A stretch of DNA of 64,000 bases from positions 32,001 to 96,000 of the forward strand of contig JAWCLG010000002.1 in assembly GCA_038851075.1 (NCBI GenBank). Direction: 5' to 3'. Position numbers and translations under genes: made by a program. Positions 57,877 to 64,000 of the stretch are shown piece after piece (positions within the stretch are counted from its first letter, which is position 1; each line of letters begins with the position of its first letter). The notes beneath the pieces were generated by a model. That model saw only the letters and a list, made by a program, of their open reading frames with translations, was not told where the DNA came from and did no database searches. Source of the DNA: Candidatus Hadarchaeales archaeon. Its GTDB lineage: Archaea > Hadarchaeota > Hadarchaeia > Hadarchaeales > Hadarchaeaceae.

Positions 57877-58239
57877 TTGAGACAAAGGCTTCAGGTCAAA
57901 TGTCCTCTATGCGGCAAGACCTTTGATCTAGAGGTAGACGTTACGACGTATCTAACAGCCGAGCCCGCAATAACACAGCCAAAGAGCCGCGCGGCCTTTA
58001 TTCTCAGGGGACATGAGGCAAAGGTCGACTTCGTGCTCAGAGCCATGAGGGCGCTTGCCAGCAAGGACCCAAGCGGAATGGTTGAGGTTGATGAGATAGT
58101 GGAAATTGCTGAGAAGGTTGGACTCAACCGCGAAGAGGTAAATGAGGTTATCTCAGCAGAGAAGGAAGCTGGTAGAATGTATGAGCCAAGGCCTGGGTTA
58201 GTGGCGTTTACAGCACCGCTTGAGCGCGCCAAGGATTAA
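57877..58239 (+). CDS. CxxC + MCM-type winged-helix small protein
   Basis: VKCPLCG N-terminus; C-terminal EI...A...GL....V..VI..EK..G.MYEPRPG.V. Confidence 0.7.
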   Translation: MRQRLQVKCPLCGKTFDLEVDVTTYLTAEPAITQPKSRAAFILRGHEAKVDFVLRAMRALASKDPSGMVEVDEIVEIAEKVGLNREEVNEVISAEKEAGRMYEPRPGLVAFTAPLERAKD

Positions 58240-58445
58240 TCCTCTACAACAATTTCCTCGTTCAGTTTGTTAACAAGTTCACTTATCTCTCGCTCTTCCA
58301 TTTTCCTCGTTTTTTTGCTCCCCTTCCTCTCTTTCTCGCGTCGCCTGAAACGGCGCAAGGGAACACCAATAGTATATTTATCTTGCCGGAAAAAAGCTCT
58401 TTTTCTTCTTATAAATTACCGGTGCGGAAGGATATGTGGGGAGAT

Positions 58446-59633
58446 ATGCCTAAAAAATACGATATAGTTGTGGCTGGCGGTGGACCATCTGGACTTTCGG
58501 CGGCCATAAAGGCTGCTTCAATGGGTTGCAACGTTCTTGTTCTCGAAATGCAGTCCCAGATAGGTGGGCTGGGGCAGCCTGCATGGGTTGATGATAGGAT
58601 TGGCAGTACAGTTCCAAGTTCGGTTCTCGCGAGCGTGAGAAAGGTCGGCTTCAGAACTCCAAGCGTCAGTCTCGATGTTCGCGGAAATTTTGGTGTCGTG
58701 CTGGACAGAAGAGATTTTGACAGGGGACTGGCTATTAAGGCGGCTGATGCCGGCGTGGAAATATGGCTCAGCGCTCCAGTTAGAGATTTTGTAATGGAAG
58801 GTGGCAGGGTCGCGGGAGTTAAAATAGGGGTTGGAGGGTGGTCAGAAGAGGTACGTGCCGATGTTGTAATAGATGCCACTGGAGCGAGAGGAGAATGGTC
58901 CGGTCTTTTTTTGAAAAAAATCTCGGGAAAGGAGTGGGCCAGAGAGGAGCTGGCTTTCAGCAGCGAATATCTGCTGGCAAATTTTGAACAGAAAAAGGTG
59001 AGCCTGCTTTTCAACTCTTATTTGACTCCTAGCGGCCATGCATGGGTTTACCCCTGCGGGTCCGGGGTGTCTTCTGCGGGTGTTCAGGGAATCAGAATCA
59101 ACCCGGAACTTGCTCTGGACGAGCTGATAGGGAGAAACGCGATTGATGGCATAAAAAAATCTGTGACGGTGGCCTCTTTCAGATCGCAGTGCCCCATTGT
59201 AGGTCCATTGGATTCCGCCTGCAGTGACGGCGTCGTGGCTGTCGGTTCAGCCGCAGGTCATGTTTATCAGTTTTCCATGAGGGGCCTGCGTCACGCGATA
59301 GGAGCGGGAGAAATTGCGGGCGAGGTTGCCGCGGAGTCAATAAATTCTGGAGATTTTTCAAAAGATAGGCTCTCCGAGTTTGATACTTTGCTTAAGGACA
59401 GGTTTTCCCATGATTTCTTCCTGGGAAGCGTTTTGAGGGAGGCATTGGGGTCTTTTTCAGATAGGAAGATGAGTTTAATCCTCTCTGAGGTCGAGGGAGA
59501 TAGAAGGCTGGGTCGTGCCGTTGTGGATCTATTCCTGTGCAGAAACCTGAAAAAATCTGTTGAGATCATAATGGAAAATAAAGCCCTTTCAGAGATTTTT
59601 GGTAGAAGATTACTGGAGGGGCAGCACAGTTGA
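58446..59633 (+). CDS. Geranylgeranyl reductase-like flavoprotein (divergent)
   Basis: YDIVVAGGGPSG, LDRR.FD..LA..A...G, VIDATG, HAWVYP; second FAD motif altered (GSAAG). Confidence 0.8.
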   Translation: MPKKYDIVVAGGGPSGLSAAIKAASMGCNVLVLEMQSQIGGLGQPAWVDDRIGSTVPSSVLASVRKVGFRTPSVSLDVRGNFGVVLDRRDFDRGLAIKAADAGVEIWLSAPVRDFVMEGGRVAGVKIGVGGWSEEVRADVVIDATGARGEWSGLFLKKISGKEWAREELAFSSEYLLANFEQKKVSLLFNSYLTPSGHAWVYPCGSGVSSAGVQGIRINPELALDELIGRNAIDGIKKSVTVASFRSQCPIVGPLDSACSDGVVAVGSAAGHVYQFSMRGLRHAIGAGEIAGEVAAESINSGDFSKDRLSEFDTLLKDRFSHDFFLGSVLREALGSFSDRKMSLILSEVEGDRRLGRAVVDLFLCRNLKKSVEIIMENKALSEIFGRRLLEGQHS

Positions 59634-59651
59634 GCGGAGCGTGGTTTTTGA

Positions 59652-60527
59652 ATGAGGTGCCCCACATGCGGGAGCGGTTCAGTGCTGCACGATCGAACAC
59701 GGGGAGAGATAATATGCACGAGATGTGGTCTCGTCATTTTGGAGCGCCTGCTGGATCCTGGTCCTGAGTGGAGAGTAAAGGAACATGAAGAGAGGGGTCG
59801 AGCCGAGCTTTCAGGTTCGGATCTAACTCAGCATGATTTGGGCCTTGGAACGACGTTCAGCGTTTCAATTGATGCACCCCCAAGCGTCCGCGCTTCCCTG
59901 CGGAGGATGGAAAAACTGCAGAGCAGATCACGGGTATCAGGTTGGAAGGACAGGAATCTCAGGGATGTGCTTGTTGATCTTGAGAAGCTCTGCGGGATAC
60001 TCGGCCTTCCTAAGGGCATAAGGGCCGAAATAAGCTTGGCCTACAGGAAGATCAATAAAAAAGGAATGACGGTCGGGAGGAACCACGTGGTTGTGCTCGC
60101 GGCCTTGGCTTTCTTGATCTGCAGGTCACGCGGACTGCCACGGACTTTTGAGGAGATAATTGAGGCATTGAATGAGAAGTTTGGCCTATCGCCCGCGGTC
60201 AAGCCCAGAACCGTGAGAAAGCTCGCCTCAACCATTTCAAGAGAACTTGGGCTGAAGCCTAGACCAATTTCTCCGGAAGATTATCTGGAAAGATTTGCAT
60301 CTCAGCTTAACATGGAGCCAGGGTCCATATCGGCAGCGAGGGATTTCATGTCAAAAATTCCCGAGAAGTTCAAAAAAACTAGGTCGCCCGTTCTGCTCGC
60401 TGCAATTTCTATTTATATGGCATCCTCTTCGGCCGGCCTCGGCCTTACTCTCAGCAGAATCTCAAATGTCACCGGTGCAGGCGTTTCGACGATCTCGAAG
60501 AACCTATCTCTCCTGAAGGGGCGCTGA
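59652..60527 (+). CDS. tfb: Transcription initiation factor IIB paralog (divergent TFB)
   Basis: CP.CG......D..RGE.IC..CGLV Zn ribbon, D.GPEWR, HD.GL.T, two cyclin repeats. Confidence 0.88.
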   Translation: MRCPTCGSGSVLHDRTRGEIICTRCGLVILERLLDPGPEWRVKEHEERGRAELSGSDLTQHDLGLGTTFSVSIDAPPSVRASLRRMEKLQSRSRVSGWKDRNLRDVLVDLEKLCGILGLPKGIRAEISLAYRKINKKGMTVGRNHVVVLAALAFLICRSRGLPRTFEEIIEALNEKFGLSPAVKPRTVRKLASTISRELGLKPRPISPEDYLERFASQLNMEPGSISAARDFMSKIPEKFKKTRSPVLLAAISIYMASSSAGLGLTLSRISNVTGAGVSTISKNLSLLKGR

Positions 60528-61061
60528 TGGTATAACCATCTCTCCTTCCTCGTGGCATCCGACAGTTTTAGTCCTTCCGCGGAGATGAAGATATCCAGTA
60601 ATCGCGGCCAAACAGGCGTCAATCTCATGCTCTGTTTTGGCTGGTTTCGGATAGAAACCCATTTTTCTCATCCCTCTGATCCAGTCCTCACGTTTACAGC
60701 TTCTGAATAGCAGTATGCCGGAGCTTCTTGGATGAACTTCAATAACTTTGATCCCTGCTGAGCCAAGTGAGGATGATATGCTGATTCCTCTCCGGGTTAG
60801 TGAAATCATGCCCGAAAAAGTTGGAGGAAAGACTCGCAGCCCTCTTCTGATCATCTCTCTATCTGAGCTTCTGAGGCATCCCGACTTTGGCATGCTGAGC
60901 GGTGCATCGATTGCCACAATCTCCGGATTTCTTTTGAGGCACAGCCCGATTATTTCATCATCCGTTTTAAGAGTCCCTAATTCAATATTTCTGCCGCTTA
61001 TGATTGCAAATCCAGTTTTTCGTATCGGAGACCCGGAGAGATCCAGCCCGATTACTGTCAT
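60504..61061 (-). CDS. DUF429 family (RNase H-fold) protein
   Basis: IGLDLSG....TG, AIDAPLS.P, IEVHP, HE.DA..AA. Confidence 0.85.
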   Translation of the reverse strand: MTVIGLDLSGSPIRKTGFAIISGRNIELGTLKTDDEIIGLCLKRNPEIVAIDAPLSMPKSGCLRSSDREMIRRGLRVFPPTFSGMISLTRRGISISSSLGSAGIKVIEVHPRSSGILLFRSCKREDWIRGMRKMGFYPKPAKTEHEIDACLAAITGYLHLRGRTKTVGCHEEGEMVIPSAPLQER

Positions 61062-61119
61062 GGAATATCAAATACATCTTTGAACTTATAAATCCGTAAA
61101 GCTGTATCTAATCATCGGT

Positions 61120-61248
61120 GGGGCTGTGGTGTAGCTTGGTATCACGGCAGGCTCCAGTGGATGATGTGGGTCTTCTGACTGATGGATGATGACCCACTGG
61201 AGCCGAAGAGACCTGCAAACCCGGGTTCAAATCCTGGCAGCCCCACCA
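61120..61248 (+). tRNA. tRNA-Trp(CCA) with 53-nt intron at 37/38
   Basis: GGGGCTG/CAGCCCC acceptor stem, GCAGG-CT-CCA-G|intron 61158-61210|A-CCTGC, GTTCAAATC, ACCA end. Confidence 0.93.
61158..61210 (+). ncRNA. Box C/D guide RNA embedded in the tRNA-Trp intron
   Basis: ATGATG (C), CTGA (D'), ATGATGA (C'), CCGA (D); guides GGGTCTT and CCACTGGAG are complementary to the host pre-tRNA. Confidence 0.8.
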
Positions 61249-61374
61249 CTTTTTATCAGAGAATAAGACAGCCGACTAAATTCGGTGTTAATGAATTTGC
61301 ATGATTTCTAGCAAAAAGTTTATTATGAATGGCTCTCAAGAGAATCTGTTGCTGAAAGTTTAGGAGGAGATAAG

Positions 61375-62040
61375 ATGGAAGTTAGCGAGTACGAGCCGAT
61401 TTTGAGGGTGGACTGGGATATCCCTAGAAAACAGTATCCTCCGAAGGTTGTGACATTGCCAACGGGAGAAAAGATGGTCATAAGGGAGATAGAGAGAGAG
61501 GAGGCCCCGATTCTTTTGGATGCTCTTAGACCCCTGATAACGGTGCCGCGGGATTACTACGATATAGTCGCGGCGAGGATTTACGCTGAGGTGCTCGGCT
61601 GGTGTAGGTATAGAGTTAGAAATGAATACGTTCTGATTGGTGTTGTCAATGGAGATCTCGCCGGAGTTGCAAACAACCGTCTGGTCAACAGCAAAACCTG
61701 CATGAGCTTACACACAATGGCTTTCAAAAGAGGGGGCAGAGTGGGAGCGCACATGTTTGCGGCGAAACATGAACACGCGATTGAAAATTATGGTGTGGAG
61801 GAAATACTCGTAACGGCGGAAAGCCCCATAGGTTTTCAGAGGTGGATGGTAGAATGGAGCTTAGAGCCGCGTCCAGGAGTTCAGCACGAGCTTGGAGGTG
61901 CGAATACATGGGCGTTGACAAAGGAAAATTATTACAAGATAAAGTCCAAGATGGTGTTTGGTCAGAGACCGGTTCCAGATGAGCTCTACAGACAGTCTCT
62001 CAATCCTAGATTGATTGTGCCCGATGTTGTGAAAGGATGA
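61375..62040 (+). CDS. Putative GNAT-fold N-acyltransferase of unknown function
   Basis: M.IRE..REE, SLHT.A.KRG.RVGA acyl-CoA-like motif, ESPIGF..W; strong SD; ATGA overlap with thiolase. Confidence 0.6.
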   Translation: MEVSEYEPILRVDWDIPRKQYPPKVVTLPTGEKMVIREIEREEAPILLDALRPLITVPRDYYDIVAARIYAEVLGWCRYRVRNEYVLIGVVNGDLAGVANNRLVNSKTCMSLHTMAFKRGGRVGAHMFAAKHEHAIENYGVEEILVTAESPIGFQRWMVEWSLEPRPGVQHELGGANTWALTKENYYKIKSKMVFGQRPVPDELYRQSLNPRLIVPDVVKG

Positions 62041-63230
62041 ACATGTTTCGGAAAGCGTCGGTTGTCGGCTGTGGCATGACAAAATTCGGCCGCCACGACG
62101 ATAAGACCCTGCTGGAGATGTTGACTGAAGCTTCGCTCAAAGCGCTTGATGATGCAGGACTCGGGGAGAAGGATGTCGATGCGATATATGTTTCAAACAT
62201 GCTCGGCGGTGAGCTTACACGGCAGACGGCTCTGGCCACAGCCCTCTCAGACCAGCTTGGGATGTTTCCGGTAGCGGCTGACAGGGTTGAGAACGGTCCA
62301 GCTTCTGGCGGATCGGCTGTAAAAAACGCATCTTTGGCCATCGCTTCAGGGGTCTTTGATAGGGTGCTTGTCGTTGGCGGAGAGAAGATGAGGCATGTTT
62401 CAGGTGAGACAATAACAGATTACATCGCCACAATGACACATCCTCTTGCAGAATATCCGCAGGGTGCAACCCTTCCATCTCTGGCAGGAATGCTGGCCAG
62501 GCTTTACATGCACCGTTACGGTGTTAAGCGCGACCATCTTGCCATGATAGCCGTGAAAAATCACGAGAATGCGCTGAAAAATCCATATGCCCACATACGG
62601 ACAAAAATAACGATGGAAGGCATTCTCTACTCTCCCGAGGCAGAACAGAACAATCCGCTTGTTGCAGATCCGCTCAGGCTCTATGACTGTTGTCCGATAA
62701 CAGACGGAGCGGCAGCGCTTGTTTTATCATCGAGCGAACGGGCAAGAGAGTTTACGGATTCTCCGGTTGTTGTTGAGGGCATCGGACAGGCAAACGATAC
62801 TCTCGCCCTACATGAGAGAAAGGACCCCACAGTCCTCTATTCTGTGAGGAGCTCGGCAAAGAGAGCTTTTGATATGGCCAAGATAGGTCCTGAGGATGTA
62901 GACGTGGCCGAACTTCATGACGCGTTTACAATACTGGAGCTTGCCGAGAGTGAGGATGCGGGATTTTTTGAAAAGGGAACCGGGCACAAAGCTGTTGAGG
63001 AGGGCGCAACGCAAATCGGAGGAAAGCTTCCAATAAACCCATCAGGCGGTCTCAAAGCTAGAGGGCATCCCGTTGGTGCCACCGGTGTTGCCCAGGTGGT
63101 CGAGATAACTTGGCAGCTCAGAGGTGAAGCTGACGAAAGACAGGTTAAAGGGGCGGAAATAGGATTCACATGTAACTTCGGAGGATTTGGGAATAATGTT
63201 GTCTCTTTTGTCTTCAGGAGGGGCGACTGA
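62037..63230 (+). CDS. SCP-x-type thiolase-superfamily protein lacking the nucleophilic Cys
   Basis: GMTKFG, VENGPASG, KNH.NA..NP.A, DCCPITDGAAA, ELHDAF, NPSGGLKARGHPVGATG. Confidence 0.9.
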   Translation: MNMFRKASVVGCGMTKFGRHDDKTLLEMLTEASLKALDDAGLGEKDVDAIYVSNMLGGELTRQTALATALSDQLGMFPVAADRVENGPASGGSAVKNASLAIASGVFDRVLVVGGEKMRHVSGETITDYIATMTHPLAEYPQGATLPSLAGMLARLYMHRYGVKRDHLAMIAVKNHENALKNPYAHIRTKITMEGILYSPEAEQNNPLVADPLRLYDCCPITDGAAALVLSSSERAREFTDSPVVVEGIGQANDTLALHERKDPTVLYSVRSSAKRAFDMAKIGPEDVDVAELHDAFTILELAESEDAGFFEKGTGHKAVEEGATQIGGKLPINPSGGLKARGHPVGATGVAQVVEITWQLRGEADERQVKGAEIGFTCNFGGFGNNVVSFVFRRGD

Positions 63231-63577
63231 TGGTTCAGACCAGAAAGATGTTTGCATACAGGTGTAAAAGATGCGGTGCAATTTACTACCCCAAAAGGGC
63301 AAGATGCGCCAAGTGCAAGTTCAGGGATTTTGATGAGATTGAGCTCGGGGGTTCATGCACCGTGGTCACCTACACGAAACTGTATGCGATACCGAGAGGC
63401 ATTGATAGGGTCCCTCTTGTACTTGGGATTGTGGAATTCGAAAACGGTGTTAGAGCTTTTGGTCAGATAAGGGCAGAAAATGTTGAGATAGGAATGAGAC
63501 TGAGACCGGTGTGGGGAAAACTTAGAACATCTGAAGGCAGAGAGATGCATGGGTTCATGTTTGAACCGGACTCGTGA
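63230..63577 (+). CDS. DUF35 Zn-ribbon/OB-fold protein
   Basis: C..CG..YYP.R..C..C followed by OB fold; coupled to thiolase. Confidence 0.92.
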   Translation: MVQTRKMFAYRCKRCGAIYYPKRARCAKCKFRDFDEIELGGSCTVVTYTKLYAIPRGIDRVPLVLGIVEFENGVRAFGQIRAENVEIGMRLRPVWGKLRTSEGREMHGFMFEPDS

Positions 63578-63630
63578 GCAAATTTTAGTTTTGGCTAAAT
63601 CTTTTACCAAGTTAGTTGCAATGTAATATT

Positions 63631-63909
63631 GTGAAGGTTAAGGTAAGATTTATCGGGCCTTTTCGGGATGCAGCCGGAGTTGGCGAGACAGAGGTATGTG
63701 GTATCAGCGATTTGCGTGGGCTTTTTGAGTACCTGGTCAAAAGTTTTGGAAAGCTGAAAAACGAGATGTTCGACCCGAAAACTAATAGGCTTCTTGATTG
63801 GGTTTTCGTTTCACTTAACGGGACAACCGTAAGATTGCCTGAGGACTTCGACAGAAAATTGAAGGATGGGGACGTGATCGTTATCTACCCTCCGCTCGCC
63901 GGAGGATAA
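63631..63909 (+). CDS. MoaD/ThiS/SAMP ubiquitin-like protein
   Basis: VKVRF...RD.AG, LKDGD.I.I.PP.AGG C-terminal diglycine. Confidence 0.92.
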   Translation: MKVKVRFIGPFRDAAGVGETEVCGISDLRGLFEYLVKSFGKLKNEMFDPKTNRLLDWVFVSLNGTTVRLPEDFDRKLKDGDVIVIYPPLAGG

Positions 63910-63950
63910 CTTCAGAAAATTTTATTAGATAATGGGGTGAAATTTTTCAC

Positions 63951-64000
63951 ATGAATTCAGAAAAATTAAAAGAGAAAAGAAGCACGCTTTTCACGGATGA
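63951..64000 (+). CDS. 5' end of a gene truncated by the window edge
   Basis: GGGGTGA SD-like motif followed by ATG, frame open to the window end. Confidence 0.4.
   Translation, partial: MNSEKLKEKRSTLFTD

Overview
Gene-dense, largely housekeeping archaeal chromosomal segment. Gene content is Euryarchaeota-like and compatible with a Hadarchaeota-type lineage, but taxonomy is inference only. It carries a replication operon (mcm-gins23-cdc6-PolD DP1-HAD-PolD DP2), a second cdc6, fen1, dnaG, a Hef-like helicase, thermosome, rpoK, TyrRS, tetraether-lipid genes (tes, carS, a Grs/Gms-like radical SAM, a GGR paralog), a glycine-cleavage/lipoylation operon (LipS1/LipS2, split LplA, GcvH, GcvPA/PB) headed by a macrodomain and an ABC transporter, a thr/gly biosynthesis operon, a thiolase-DUF35 cluster and three tRNAs (Pro-CGG, Ser-CGA, intron-containing Trp-CCA). 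No CRISPR array, transposase, rRNA or intein was seen. The most unusual signals are: (1) a candidate replication origin at ~37.2-37.8 kb whose ORB motifs lie partly inside a degenerate single-motif LAGLIDADG gene, flanked by a divergent, apparently inactive primase-fold gene; (2) an unassigned ~276-nt multi-hairpin RNA-like element at 40149-40424 lacking SRP and RNase P signatures; (3) a stand-alone MCM-type winged-helix protein; (4) a Cys-less thiolase/DUF35/GNAT cluster; (5) rpoK with no canonical start codon. All calls are by eye, with no database searches.
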